Origin: Saccostrea cucullata
Lineage: Eukaryota
Reading direction: 5' to 3'
Length of the DNA: 64,000 bases
Assembly: GCF_032062105.1 (NCBI RefSeq)
Contig: NW_026918275.1
Coordinates: forward strand, 1-64,000
Shown here piece by piece: positions 1 to 14,503 of the stretch (positions within the stretch are counted from its first letter, which is position 1; each line of letters starts with the position of its first letter). Both the position numbers and the translations under genes were made by a program. The notes under the pieces were generated by a model, which saw nothing but the letters and a program-made list of their open reading frames with translations, made no database searches and was not told where the DNA came from.

Positions 1-676
1 TAAACCATACGATTCTAGCAGCACTTTCCAAAAGCAAAAGAATAAAAATTTTAGAAATAAAAATTAAGTTTCAAGGTATGCGGCGTAGTGTTGAACTTTT
101 GTATCTCTTTTTTTTACAAACAACAGAGGAAAGGCTGATCGGCAAATAAACACCCTCCCTGCTTTAATTTAACGAAGAAATTGCAGAATTATATTACCAT
201 ACCTTATTCATACGCTTTATTCCCACAAGAATCACACATGATATTTATTCTTAATGCTTTTAAACTCCGATTTCTTGTGTTTGTTTACATCAATTCTCGT
301 TACTTTTCCCTTTCTGCTACTGCATGATCAACAGTTATGACGTCACGGGTTTGGAATGTAACCCCTGTGATAACTACAGAGGTCCAGGTACGACAAAATT
401 CCGTTGATATTATTCTTCTGCATAGTTTGGTTCATTTTTGCGACTTCAAATCAATCTTAGATATCGATTTTAAGAAATTGTTATCTCTAAATCTCACTTC
501 ATATAGCTTATTATGACGTCATATCATATAGGCAAGTAGAATATTTGGTTGTAACCTCAACCTACCCGCGTATTGAAATCTATACATACGTACTAAAATA
601 TACAGACACATGAAAAAATTGTTTAGTATAAGATTATTAACCATTGAGTGGCAAAGGCGGAGGAATTGTCCATGGG

Positions 677-1336
677 TTAGGCCATTTGATGAATGGAGAC
701 ACCGATTGTGAGCTGATCCAAGGGGGTGTTGAGGCCTTTTCTTTCTGTTTGTTCCTTTGTAGGAGATGTTTGAGTTACTGATGGAGCTTTGGGCACTGTT
801 TTTATGCCAAGGGCTCCCCTAAAGAGTTTAACTATAGCTGTTAGTCTCACTTTCATGTTAAGATTAATTTTATCATAAGTCATGCTATCTGTGCCACAAA
901 TTCGTCTTTATTTTGTATTTCTGGAAATTGTTTGCATGCAAAATAGATTTCCACATTGTCTTTAACATTTTTTTTATTTCCAAAGTCTTTTCTGTAAATA
1001 ACTGCATCTGAAAGTTCTCCCAGGATTCGGAACATTGACTTACTAGATGTACATAGTCTTCCTTTTTTACACTGTTATAGGTAAGTCCCTTGTTTCAATT
1101 TGAGTAAGAACCTCCCTTGGGTTGTATTTATGACAGTTTTTCTCCAGAAAATTGGAACTTGCCTTGACTCCTCCCCTTCTGAAGCGGACTATAGTGTCGA
1201 GATTCGTCTTTGTCATAATTAGATGTTTGTGTTCTTGTATCCTTTGGATTTTCTTCATGGTGTGGCAAAGGGAGTTGACGATTATTTTCATTCCGTGCAT
1301 GGAATTGACAGAAACTGAATGATGAGGTCGAATCAA
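677..1336 (-). pseudogene. Possible degenerate LINE ORF1-like (SGNH esterase-like) fragment
   Basis: Broken minus-strand ORFs 1067-1336 and 677-883. MTYDKINLN resembles the SGNH block V DxxHLN motif with the His lost. Weak match. Confidence 0.2.
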
Positions 1337-1745
1337 GTGTGTTTACTTGATTAATTAAATCTGTAAGATTAGATGCAAAGTGATGAAATTAATGTGGACT
1401 AATCGGTATGTGTTTCCACTTACTATTTTACAGGGGTATAAAAATGTTGGATTTCACATGCAGTGAATCCGGAGAAACTGCTCAATTGTTGATTTTGGAT
1501 TCAATATATAGAATCTAGGTGTTCTGACTCTTTTTTCCTGTGTGTATTTGGGGAATCTGAGATCAGAGATTGAACAGACTGTAATATTTGGGTCTTCATA
1601 CAGTAATGATCTGTGATTTTATCAGCAAATTGTTTCAATGTGCTGTCTTTTTGTACAAATAATGAACATGCCAATGGCTGTGCGTTTAATATACATGTAT
1701 ATTTTAATCATTATTTTTAAAATATGAACTGCTTTTTTTAAACAG

Positions 1746-2143
1746 CACATGAAGGGTATTTCCATGATTGCTGGAACATTTTACAAAAATACCCGAGTCT
1801 ACAGGGAAAAGACGGGGTTTATCCATTAAATATAACCTCCAAGCCAACGTTTGCGTACTGTGACATGACAACGGAAGGGGGAGGATGGACAGTAAGATAA
1901 ATAAGTCATCTGTTCTACAAACACCAAAACTTCTTTAATTGAAAAGAGACCTACACACTTTCCCATGTTTTAATAATCAGACGTTTCTATATGAAACTTA
2001 CTTATGTCAAAGTAAATAAAAGAGAGAGCATTCTTACATGTTTCAGGCAATACAAAGAAGACAAGACGGGTCTACAGATTTTTATCGGACGTGGTCAGAA
2101 TATAAACAAGGTTTTGGGAATCCCTCAAAAAACTATTGGATTG
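1746..2143 (+). CDS. Fibrinogen-related domain protein (FReD/ficolin-like), two internal exons 1746-1891 and 2047-2143
   Basis: AG/GT-bounded exons translate to [43 protein letters not shown] and [33 protein letters not shown], the canonical N-terminal FBG motifs. Confidence 0.93.
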
Positions 2144-2189
2144 GTAAGTTTGTTTTATGAAAGATTTGAATAATAAAGTGTCTATCTAA

Positions 2190-3060
2190 ATGTAGAATTG
2201 TGAGCATCCCCTCTGCCGTGTGCTCCTTGTCACGATCGGGAAATAACGGAAAAATCCGTTGACAATTCAGTGTACAGCGGAACTCGTTTACAAGCACGGA
2301 TATTACGAATGTGGATATAAAGAATTATGAATATACATGAAACGTAGACTAATAATTTCATACGTCAAAGTGATTTCGCTATAATCGAATTAAACTGTGT
2401 AAATAATGGACTAACAATAAGTATGAGAAACGTCACCATTTCACCTAAGGATAAATTGTATTTGCTGTTATGTTCATTGTGCCGACCATAAAACTTACGA
2501 AAAGACGATTTGAAAGGAGACTGCTGATATCCTTTTTTCAACAACTTGTTTGTCCATAATTTATCTTGTTTTAGAACTGGTTATACGTAGAGCATGCTCT
2601 TGTTTATTGAATCAACTGAGATATATATACTCCGTATACAGGCGATGAAGATATACAGATATTGCTGCGATAGAAAAATTAAGTCATCATCTTTATAATA
2701 GAGCTTGAAACAGATGTTGTACGGACATGTGTTTCAATCAAAAGAGAATATTTTCGTTAAATCCCTAAGATGAAATCATAGATAAGCGGCTTTTTGTTTC
2801 TTTCCGAGCCCCGCTGACATTATTTACTGAACGTCCCTCGTATATACTCCGTATGCAGTTGATGAAGGTATATTGTTAAAGTCATCACGTTTATCACATG
2901 GCTTGGTTGTTAGGTTACCATTAATGTCTTTTTCAATTAAAATATCCAAATATGAAACAGATGTGTCAGACTCTGTAGTATCTTCTAAGCTCACCGGGAT
3001 AAATCGTATCGATATAAGAATAGAAATAACCAATGTAATAATTTTCAATAAAAATAAGTA
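2190..3060 (-). mobile_element. Penelope-like retroelement RT C-terminal fragments (degenerate, partly duplicated)
   Basis: DTTESDTSVSYLDILIEKDINGNLTTKPCDKRDDFNNIPSSTAYGVY at 2824-3048, plus a second SSPVYGVYISQLI..RAC..SSFRKFYGR segment near 2480-2660. Confidence 0.8.
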
Positions 3061-3699
3061 AAAAAAGTAATAAAATTTTCAACTTATGGTTTCAGGTGTA
3101 AGTAGAGCTCACGGAATGACTCCTTTGTTGTAGTATTTTAGAAATTTCAGAAACACAAAAGGACCAATAATTTGCCAACATTCAAAATTATGTGGATTAT
3201 TTTTTTTAAATTCATAATAGTCCCTATAGTTAGGGTTACCTCAAATAGGGATGAAATGTAACACAATGGACAGAATTTTTTCCCATTTCTGCAGTGTCAT
3301 ATTAGTCAAATTGATATCGAAGCATATCCATATTGCGTTAATTAAAATATTTATCTATATTTGAATAAAAATTGCAAAAAAACAAAAAAAAAAAAACAAC
3401 AAGGTGCACCAGAGTTCTTACTTCCTTCTTTTAAGAATACAGTCGATACCATGTTAGATGATGTCCGTGAACAGATTTCATGTTAAGTATCGTACATTAA
3501 AAGTACTGCAAGTAGCATCTAGTTCTGTCTTCATTGATAAGTTAAGATAAAAGAGACTAACTGTAATTGTTTTATTTAAAAAAAAAAAAACGTTTAAAAG
3601 AATTAGCATACAAAAAAGGGAATGTTTATTTTCATTATTAAGAATTATTACTAAATAATATGAGTAGAAAAACCTTACATAAATTGTCGAATTTATCAA

Positions 3700-5160
3700 T
3701 ATGCATGACGATAAAACTTTCTTTACTCTTCACTTATATATTAACAGTATTGAAAGAGAAACTTCAAGAGTACTGTGCAACAATATACTCAAGAAATGGT
3801 GAAAATCAAATGTGGATACTTAAAAATGCCAAGGAATTTTTGGACCATTTGAAATAACAAGATTTTACCAAACTCCCCAGCTTAAAAACTTACGAATTTT
3901 CAACTCTATACAAAACTATCCGCACAATAAATTAGAGTCCAGTCTTTTCGATATAATTGACGGCTTCTTTTTCAATAAAAATGGAACAAGTAAAATTACT
4001 TACGTGTCATTGGTCATTTGCAAAATTATTTTGTAAAAAAACATTCTGATTGTACACACAAGTACTCTAAAGTCGACATCAAAAAGATTCTGGGGCTTCT
4101 GATTGACAATATCTGTGTTTTTTGTTGACCAGGTCTTCTAACAATCTATTGGAATTCCCATGGGTACCAATTGCACCCCGTTATTAGCAAACCTAATTTT
4201 GTATTCATATGTAGCAGAATTTGTTGACATTCTTATGAATGAATAGGGAAAAAAACGCTTGGTATGGCCTTTAACTCGACATTTGGATATATCAACGACG
4301 TATTGTCATTAAAAACTTTTAATTTCCATTCCTATGTCAATACGATTGTCTGTGTTATCTTGTGATAAAGACACCAGGGAGTATGACACATTTTACTGAA
4401 AAAGACCTCAATGGAAATCTAACAACTAAGCTCTATGATAAATGTTATGACTTTAATTTTTCTATTGTCAACTTGCCTTACTTATGCAGGGAGATACCTT
4501 CATCACCTGCATAAGGAGTTTATGTACTTCATGTTGCGAATTGTGGCAATTTTAATGTATTTTCTAGAAATTGAATGATGTACAGGTATAATCTAGAATG
4601 TTCTATATGTTTCGTGAATTAATTATCAAGACGTATCTAGAATATGTCAAAATGTGTTGACCTAGAATTTAATAGAAGTTTCTTTTTCCAGATGTTTCTT
4701 CGATACTATATATATGAGAGTTTTTGTGATCTTGATTATTATCGATTTATTGAGTTTATTGAGATTACATTGAATTTACGTTGAAGAAATATTGAATACA
4801 TATCAGAAACCATCTGATCATCTTAGCCAATGTGGTATTGTGATTGTTAACCCATGTGGATTTGTTATTTGCCTTTAATCGTCAGAATAAATTATAAAAG
4901 AAGATTTCCGTGTGATTGTGATTTGCCACACTTCAGTTGATTCGATATGCAAGAGCAACGATGAAAATTACTGACAAAAAAAGTTGATAAAACGAATATC
5001 AGCATTCTCCTTCAAAGTCGTCATTTCGAAAGTTCAATGGTCGATACAATGACCTTGTCAGCAAATACAACTTATCATTGAGTCAAGTGCGCTTTTCAAT
5101 TGTTAGTCAATTATTTATACTTATTTTTCCCTGTTTTCACAATCATGACAAGGAGCACAC
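3700..5160 (+). mobile_element. Penelope-like retroelement RT pseudogene
   Basis: LQEYCATIYSRNGENQMWILKN, YEFSTLY, QSIGIPMGTNCTPLLANL, FGYINDVLS (decayed YIDD), LYDKCYDFNFSIVNLPYLC and QLIRYARA in order, with many stops and frameshifts. Confidence 0.85.
4532..4930 (+). mobile_element. Solo LTR (399 bp) with 5-bp TSD CTTCA
   Basis: Starts TGTTGCGAAT and ends ATTTGCCACA (imperfect inverted ends). CTTCA lies at 4527-4531 and 4931-4935. Internal TATA-like run and AATAAA. It splits the Penelope frame GVYVL|QLIRYARA. Confidence 0.85.
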
Positions 5161-5329
5161 TACATCATCGATATATCTAGATGTCGCGTTGAAGGCCACA
5201 TCAATCGTTTGTTTGTTTTTTTTGCATACGATCTTGCACAAATTCTACACAAATTCTGATTCATATGAATGCAAAAATAGGTTTTGCTATTAACGAGATG
5301 CAATTAGTACCAATCTGAAAACCAAAAAA

Positions 5330-6266
5330 TTTTCAGATATAGTCAATCAGAAACTCAAGCATCTTTTTGATATCAACTTCAGAGTAGCTGTGTGTACAAT
5401 CAGAATGATTTTAACAAAATAAATTTGCAAACGATTAATGACCATGGAAATAACCAATGAAGAGGTAAATAATATGACGAGTTTTATTTTATTGAAAAGA
5501 GCAATTTTCGATGATATCAAAAAGCCTGGTATATATATATATATATAGAAGTATAATTTATTTTATAGTTAATTCCAAGATCTTCTTAAAAACAATTGAT
5601 ATACTTGATATAATGTTGTTACTTGCTTTGTCGGTAGAGACCGGTACAGTACATACTGATCATGTAATCTATCTAGTTGGTTTTTCACTTCTTGATTAAT
5701 GAATACAAAAGGATAGATGATTTTCATATTACCCGTCAATTTTTTTAAATGCAATTTTAACATGGATCTGATACATATTTAATTCCTTCTGACAATGCGT
5801 CAATTTCTTTATAATATCTAGCCAATCGCCTTGTGTTATCTTCAACAGAATCAATAATATTTATGAAATTCTGTCACCAGATGAAGGATCGGCTTTCCCT
5901 ATATTTAGGTCTTTTTTTAAAAAATAAATGAGCTAAGGCCCTCATTATAATAAAGTTACCTGTAATAACGTGTCCAGCAGGACAATAGTTAAAGGGTAAA
6001 AATGAACATGAGCACGTTGTAGGATTATATGTTTTAGATACTCGATATCCAGGACATGTCAAATTTTTTTCTAATTAAAAAGTTTGAAAAACAATAGTCG
6101 ATGTATATTCATAGGATATACAAGGTGTGGTCTTTAACTTGAAATATGGTGTAATACAAGACTGGGCTCTTTTTTGATTAAAGATATTACTTATATAAAC
6201 CGTGTCAATTCCTCAATTGGCATATTAAAGTTTATCGAAAAGACGGATTGCTTAGCTGCATTTTCT
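5330..6266 (-). mobile_element. Penelope-like element N-terminal/RT fragment, inverted relative to 3700-5160
   Basis: TCSCSFLPFNYCPAGHVITGN, KRPKYRES and LDRLHDQYVL motifs. About 5360-5530 is the reverse complement of about 3950-4085. Confidence 0.75.
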
Positions 6267-6521
6267 NNNNNNNNNNNNNNNNNNNNNNNNNNNNNNNNNN
6301 NNNNNNNNNNNNNNNNNNNNNNNNNNNNNNNNNNNNNNNNNNNNNNNNNNNNNNNNNNNNNNNNNNNNNNNNNNNNNNNNNNNNNNNNNNNNNNNNNNNN
6401 NNNNNNNNNNNNNNNNNNNNNNNNNNNNNNNNNNNNNNNNNNNNNNNNNNNNNNNNNNNNNNNNNNNNNNNNNNNNNNNNNNNNNNNNNNNNNNNNNNNN
6501 NNNNNNNNNNNNNNNNNNNNN
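6267..6521. other. Assembly gap
   Basis: N run. Confidence 1.
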
Positions 6522-9500
6522 GGACCTGCTACAGATACGCAAGTCGTAAAATGGGGACATAAAAAACATTGGGGACTTGATTTAAGTCCCCAAACTTTTT
6601 TATCGTTGAAAACGAAAAATTGACATGTCTAAATCCTAAAAATATCAAAAAAATAACGTGTCCCAGTTACGGGGTTTTATCGGACACATGATTACACAGA
6701 TATCGTGTTGATTGAAATTGCCATCTTCACTTACACATCTCTGACGTTACACACTTCTAGATTACGCATGCGCGTGTGTAAAAAAAGCGGAAGTCCAATT
6801 GTTTCGAAGCGGGATACAATAAACATGTGGAAAAGAAGACACAGAGGAAAGCCTGGACACAGAATCCTAGATTCTTTTGATAAAGATGATTTTTATGCTG
6901 AAAACGGTATGTTATCTACTTCTTGGATAAAATATGGTGCGAGGAACATGCATCAAAGTATTGAAGGGGGGAGGGGGGCAGTGACGATTGCTGCATAGGC
7001 CTATCGGGTACTCAGTTGAAATGAAAAGACAGTTATTTATGTGATTTTCTTTCTTGAAATAGTACACAATTTATGCTATTCATTTCACAATGATTAAAAA
7101 TTCATCAAATGAAAGGTATATTAATCGAATGTGTTTTGTATTTCATGTCAACATGAAATGACCTTTTAATACTAAGTTTTAACTCAATTTAACTGAACTA
7201 AATCCAGTCCACTTTAAATGTAGTTTGTATGTGTGAGTTTTTTTTGAGCCAATAATGAGATCGGATTGTACCAATCCCTCCCCCCTTTCTTCTTGAGATC
7301 TGCAACTTATTGTTTTTAAAGCCAAACCTAAGAGCGGGTTGTACCAAACACCTCAACAACCCACCCCCTTCTTCTTGAGCCCAGCAACCTATTTCTGGTG
7401 TTGTTTTCTTTTCATTTTTAAAGCAAAAAGTGAGATCGGATTGTACCCCCCCCCCCCACCCCCTTTTACTTGAGAGAGAACATAAAGTGTAGTTATCAAT
7501 TCAACATTTATTTTACTTGTCCTATAATATATAGACATTACTTAATACAATAATAGCCTATTTCAATTTTACTCAAAATGCACTTATTAGGCCCCTATTT
7601 ACTGCTAAAGAGCAAATAATTGAAGATCAAGTATATATTGTTTTCATGTTGTTTATATTATAGAAACTTGGGCTGAAGCATCTTTAAATTTAAAAAGCTC
7701 CCACATTACTTATATGAAAGTACAATTCATTAAGTGACAATTATATTTTCCACATTTTTTTTTAATTATTATCATTTTACAGCATTCTTTTTAAAAAAAA
7801 AATCACATTTGATCTCTCTAAGGGCCTGTACGTGTTATGGGCATTGGAATAAAAATGCTCAGAAAGAAAATATGGATAAAAACGTACGTCTTGAACAAAT
7901 TTTATTAACGAATTTTTTTTTCTTCATATAATTATTATCCTTAAACATGTTAAAAGATATAGAATTAAACTAGAATATAAAAATCATGCAAACTTGTGTT
8001 TATTAGATTTTTTTTATCAGGTCATTATATCCTAAAGCAGGACATTATACCCCTGTCGTTTTTATTATGTCCAATAAAAAGTTTATATATTTTATTTTGC
8101 ATTTTGCTACGATTCTTATAGAAGATAACAATATTTATTATTTCCAATAAAAATGATATTGTGTATGCACCAAAATTGACAAAAAACTATTTATTATAAT
8201 CAGTCAGGACATTGTACTATAAGGGCATTATACACTTCCGGTGTAAACAGCTTACTCAGGAACTGAGGAAGCAGGTAAGGCATGGTTTGGACTGAAAAAA
8301 AAAACACGTCCTTGTTTGATTCCTTGAAACGATTGTGTAATTATGTTCTGGAGACTTGAAGTCTGTACAAAGACACACTACATCAAAGTAGTTTCATGTC
8401 GACCGCTTTATACCTGATCATCCTGATCATGGATAAGCCTTTCCGAATTCCCTCGGTTTAATTCTCATTTCACTGTTAGTGTGTTTGTTTATATATACAA
8501 ACAGCTTTTAAATTGAATTTTTAAGAGTTCATTATAATTGTATTTTATATGATATGATCTTTTTTAAAACAGTGTGCAATGTATTTAATTTTTGTATCCT
8601 TTCTATCAGAAAGTCATAGGCTATAATAAGAATCATTTGACTTGTTTAATGTATTGTGGTATATTAAGTTTATTTATGTATTCTCAAATTATTTCATTTC
8701 GATCCCGATGTAAATTATCTTGCTTATATTTGGAAACACCCACTTTTATGCGACCATCAGATCGGGGAGGAACTGGCTTAATTCTCTATAGTTACACTCT
8801 TCACATACTAGGCTTTTTGTCCATCTGTTTATATTGCTTTTATAGTTTACACTCTTCACATATTTTGGTTGGGGGTAAATCATCTTTTTGTCCATCTGTT
8901 TATATTGCTTTTATAGTTTATATTTGGGTTAGACTATATTTTGGTTGGGGGTAAATTATGTCAAAAGTGTAACGTAACATTTTAAGCAATTATCAGATAA
9001 ATTAATAAATCCATTTAAAAAAAAAAGTTTTTAATCCATCAGAAAAGAATTTATAGATCTATTGCAGGTAGCAATACATATTTTTCAAAAAAAAAAAAAA
9101 AAGAAAGAAAGGCAAGAAAAAAGAATAAAAGAGAAATTAGAGATATTTATTTATAGAAAAAGAGGCACTATCTGTCTTTCAAATTATTTTACGTCTTATT
9201 GTTTCTATTCAAATTTTGTTCAGAATATCGTTAAAATCCAGTCTTTTATAAAATCAATTCCACAATTCTTCCCTAAGAAAATATTGGAAACAAAAATTTT
9301 CAGTATTATCAGTTAACATTTTAATACACAGTTAGAATAGTTAAGAATATTTGATGAAGGAAAGCGATCTAAGTGACATTGATCTAAAGAAAAAGTTCAT
9401 CACAACAAAATTTCCTGTATAAATATCGATAAACATCAACAACAACAACAACAACAACAACAAAAAAAAAAACAATTTTTGAACAAAATAAATAAAGATA

Positions 9501-10682
9501 TATAGAACATTTATGAATATCTCCTTTTATAATTTATAGAATTTAAGCACAGAATATATATCAAAAGACTCACACCCCCGTTATATTTGAAATACTTTAA
9601 ATCCAATATGATAACTTATTAAATTAATAAGTCTGTTTTATATACCAATATATACAAATTAATTTGATCAAAATGACCATGAAAGTATAACATGTGATTT
9701 AATTTTTCCAGAGATTTTCTGCGTACATTCATTTCATTTAAGTGATGGAATCATAGTTAAGAATCATCCAAAATCATCACAACAAACACTGTATAATTCA
9801 TCCTGAAACAATTTTTCAAGTCCTAATCAAAGTGACCGTATTGAATAAGTACCCGTATATATACTAAATGAAAAGGAAATATAAACAAAAGACCGTTCCT
9901 AATGAGATAGTGAACAAACTATTCTAAAGTGACCGGGAGTTATATAAATACTGCAGAATATTAAATAAACAAATAAAATAATATATTTAGAAAAAGACTG
10001 ACTTTAAAATACATAACATGTACATCGTAGTACATTATAGCAGTTTTCTGTAAGACTTGTAATAAGTTTGTAAAGTCGGAATACCAATATTGACCTCATA
10101 GAATAATTTGACACCTACATGTAGTATCGCGAGTACCTCACAGATATATAAATTCTTACTACCGCTCTTTTGCAAGGGAGTAGAGAAGGCTCTAAATCGC
10201 ACAATTTAGATATCTGGGGTATAACAATGTTTACACTAGACAATCGAATGATTCAAACAACCATTATGCCAAAAGTACAGTGAATTGCCAAGGATTGAAA
10301 TCTAAATAGTACAAATGTAGCTAGATTATCAAATAAGGAAAGTTAAAGTATTAATGAACTTTCAAAAGTAATGATGTTCAATGAGAATTTAATGAGAAAA
10401 GTCTGCTCTAAAGAGAAAAGTAATTGTTAAAAATGTAACATATGAGGATAAGCCATTACAAGGAAGTTTTTGATTATGCAAGAACAATAACGTCATGTTT
10501 CTGCATACTAAGTCTTCAGTTTCAGAGAGTAGTGGTATGGATTCAGAAAACCACAGTGTGGTGATCCGGAAAGTTTGAATGTCACGCTAACTTGCTCAAA
10601 AGTCAAATATTATATTTTTATTACACGCTTAGTAATAAATACAGGTTTTTTGCATATGCAATATGGCTGACGTCACAATAGC

Positions 10683-10775
10683 TGTATCAGCCCTGCAGGG
10701 CTGATATGGATTTGCGGGGCTGATAACCTATATCAGCCCTGCAAATCCATATCAGACCTGCAGGGCCTCAATATC
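10683..10775. repeat. Short palindromic (hairpin) element
   Basis: TATCAGCCCTGCAGGGCTGATATGGATTTGC...GCAAATCCATATCAGACCTGCAGGGC is self-complementary. Confidence 0.7.
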
Positions 10776-11853
10776 ACACCCTTAATAAATTAAACCACAA
10801 AAACAGTACTTGTGATCATACACAGTTTTTGGTGGGTTCATATTCTTGTAATTTTAACTTTTTGAAAATAAATTTAATCTTAATTTACAAATACATATAT
10901 TTACATTCGCTGTGTTTTTCTACTAAGCCAACTGTGAAATTGATTTGAAAATCATTTTCGTGTATACTCACGCCTAGAAATATACACGGAGAAACGTGCG
11001 TTACTGTGACGTCAATTTTTAGTAAAAGTATATCAATATAGGGCAGCGATAAATTCAAATATTGAGTATATTTTCGATGATTCCAAACATGTAAAATGTA
11101 AATATAAGGAATGTTTTTAAGTTTAGTGTGAATTTTGGTGAACAACTTGCACGTATGCATATTTGCTAGCTTCATGAAATATGCCTACGTGACAAGTCTG
11201 TGTATTCACAACCAATACCTCACACAAAACTTAAAAACATTCCTTAAGTAATAGATTATTTTCAAATTACGGATGGAGTGCATTGAAATAGAAGTAGAAA
11301 CAAACCCAAATCGTGTGAGACAATAGACCATGTACATGTAGTATGTTAGTTTACTGAGGCCGAAGGCGATTTAAAAGTCAGCCAATTTATTCATTGTTAT
11401 TAAATGTTGAATTTCCAAATGTTTGACAAGTTTGTTCTTGTCTCCAACAAATGTATACACTCATGATTTAAAGCATAGTGTAATAACACATTATGATTAG
11501 TGTTGGCAAATCAGACGATTTTTATTAAGCGGTTACTCACTTCATCTTCCGATTGAGTACCCGGTTACTCGGATGATTTTTGGTAAAAGCATCAATATCT
11601 ATTATTTATCTTATTGTATACTTATCGGTGGTAGTAATGCACAAATATACTGTATATGGACATTATATTTACAATACACACATATGATATCGTCAAAGAT
11701 TTACTGTTTTAAAATAAAGAAATAAGGAAGTCGACACACGGAGAAGACAAATAAATATGTCATTGTCAATCACCATTTTACACTTTCCTTTTCAGCCCCT
11801 GAAATATGTCGCAATCAAGGAGAATAATTATTTACATACTCCATAATTAATAG

Positions 11854-12165
11854 CATAGGCATCGTAACCGGGGGGCTAGAAGGGAAACAAACCCAAATCG
11901 TATTCCCCCCCCCCCAGTATTTTTTTCCAAATATATACATAGTATAGACATTGATCATATCTTCGTGAGTTTAGCCCCCCCACTTTCCACAGATACGTCC
12001 TACATGTAGTATAGGTTAAAATTGGTAAAAGTGTTGGTGTTTGGAAGAAAATTTTTGGTACTGGAATTCGAACCTTTTTTTTGCTTGTCAGATTTTTTTG
12101 GAGGTACAAAAAAAAAATTTCTTACACTTAGCCCCCCCACTTTCAATTTGCTTCCGACGCCAATG
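11854..12165. mobile_element. MITE, probably hAT-like
   Basis: TIRs CATAGGCATCGTAA and TTCCGACGCCAATG; AATAG on both flanks; internal poly-C/G tracts. Confidence 0.6.
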
Positions 12166-14503
12166 AATAGTCAGTATGTGGAGTTTCCAGTAAATCGCTG
12201 GTTTCCGAATATTTTAAGATTAGGTGATTTAACAGATTTTGAATCAGCTGTTCTTCTGGTAAACTCCAAGCTTATTATGTCTGCGACAGCATCTTGTTAA
12301 ATTATCAAATGAGGTAATTATAATTCAGGTCTTCAAAAGATATATACCCCAGCAGATCAAAGCTATCAATTATATAAACTGTGAAAACTAATCAAAACAG
12401 TTTGATCCACTACAACCATGCACTAGATCAAGTCTAATGGTATCTAAAATTAGGGAAATGTGTAATTTAGTATACCGGTACATTTATAAATTATTAAACA
12501 TTTATTTCTATGCCTTTACTATGGAGAATTCATTTTATCCAAGCAACCGAATAGCAGTTTTACTAACCGATACTCACATCGTTCGACAGTTAACCAGTTA
12601 ACTGGGAACACGGATATTGCCAACACTTAGATTTATGATTGTAATTTATCAGCTACTATATATTTTAAAAGTGGAAAAAATATTATTAAACAATAGATAC
12701 TCAACTATTTACTAAGAAAGTAGTTTAGTGCATTGGTATCTAGCATGGTAACATTTGCAATGACACATGTTTTAAAACGCCCAATTTGATTGGTCAAAAA
12801 ATGTTAGCAAATCTATGGTTGGTCAACATGGTCAAGAGGGAAAACCCAAAAACCTCCTAGAACTTTAATTTGAAGTGAACTCACTCTGAGGTACACCCCA
12901 AAATGCCCAAGGAAAAGGTGTCTAGTCCAACCAGAGAGCACCCTAATCCCTGATCATTTAATTTCTATGCTTCTTGTATAGGAATGGGAACTCAATAGTA
13001 TTACAAACTTTTACTTTGAGAATAAAATTGATAAATTTCTGTATAAAAATGCTTTTACAACATGTATTAAAGATTTGTTCCTACTTTTAAAAAAATTCCA
13101 ATACATTCTGAATTTAATTTATAATTTTTTTTGTTAGAATGTTCAAGGCAACCAGAAGCTTGAGTCCATCCTGAACATAGAGACAACACAGATATTAGCC
13201 AAGCTAGATATTGCTAGAGGATTAGTCAACAATTCAGCAAGGACTAGTGATGGATATGTTCCAGGTTCCACAGCTAGGAGAATGTCAGGAAGAAAAGCCT
13301 CATCATTAAAAGTGTTACAGGTGAATTATTTAGGAATTTAAAAAAATAAATAGGATAGATAAAGATTCACCAGGGAATGAATTTTTTGTTGGTTCATGAT
13401 CACATCTATTGAGAAGCCAAAGGCAAAAGTATTGCATGCAGTAAATATTGTTTGGATGTAATCACACTTATATCATTGTATATAAATAACCTTTATCCGT
13501 ATTGATAAATATTTTGAATTTATTTCAGATAATATAAATCTAAATTCATTACTTTGTCAAATTATATTTTCGTTTCCAATGTCTTTGTTCAAGAGACAAT
13601 TACAAATAGTCAAATGAATGCACTTTATTTCTCCATCAATATACTGGTTCATTGATAGGCGCTGCTAAAAAAAAAATCACGTGCAGGGCGGAACAAAAAT
13701 AGACAGACAGTAGAAGCAGGGCTTGTAGCAAAATTTTTATTGGCCCCGAAAAAATCATATATATATATCTTTTTATAATATAATACAAGAACTTTTAACT
13801 GTCATTTTCAATTTCATGACATTTTAATGTTAATAGTTACTAGCTAGTTCCTGTTGCTTGCATGTTATAATAACTTTATGCTTTTTATTTTATATAAATG
13901 AAATTTCTGCAGTTAAAATATATTATGACTGTGTATGATTTTTATCACAAGCCCAACCAATTTTTATTTTGATCACATCATCAAAATTCATCGGAAAAAT
14001 AAGACAGTTATTTCTTAAATAACATTTTTATTCATTTATTTAATACATGTTGTATGAATTTTGCCAGCATCTTCAGATGGTGAAATGTCAAGCAAAAAGT
14101 GCATTCCAAGCCCTCAAGAAGTTGTGTCAAGCCCTAGTCGTAAAGGCATTCCAGATCTAAAGAGTAGAAATGGACCTATATGTATGGTTTTATTGATGAA
14201 AATATGCCATGCCCCAGTGACAAAGGTGAACCAGTTTCTAAAAATGGAGATGAAGCTTGACCCTGGAAAGAAAGCATGTCTGTCTCTAATGATAGAGATG
14301 TGACTTTATCCAGGGACTGAGATCTGCAAGTTCTAAATGAAGGAGATTTGCCAGGTGCTGATATTACTGATATCCTACATGTGGGTCCCATCTGCTCAAG
14401 GTTCCAATAGTGAAAAATCTTGGTTAGGAATGAAGTGTCATCAGGTATTGCTTCTATCAAGAATCTTCTTTCTTTAGAATTAATAAAATTAAAGCTTAAA
14501 TTA

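Noticed and set aside
6174-6623. ORFs spanning N runs (also 23321-23694)
   Set aside because: Artefacts of assembly gaps.
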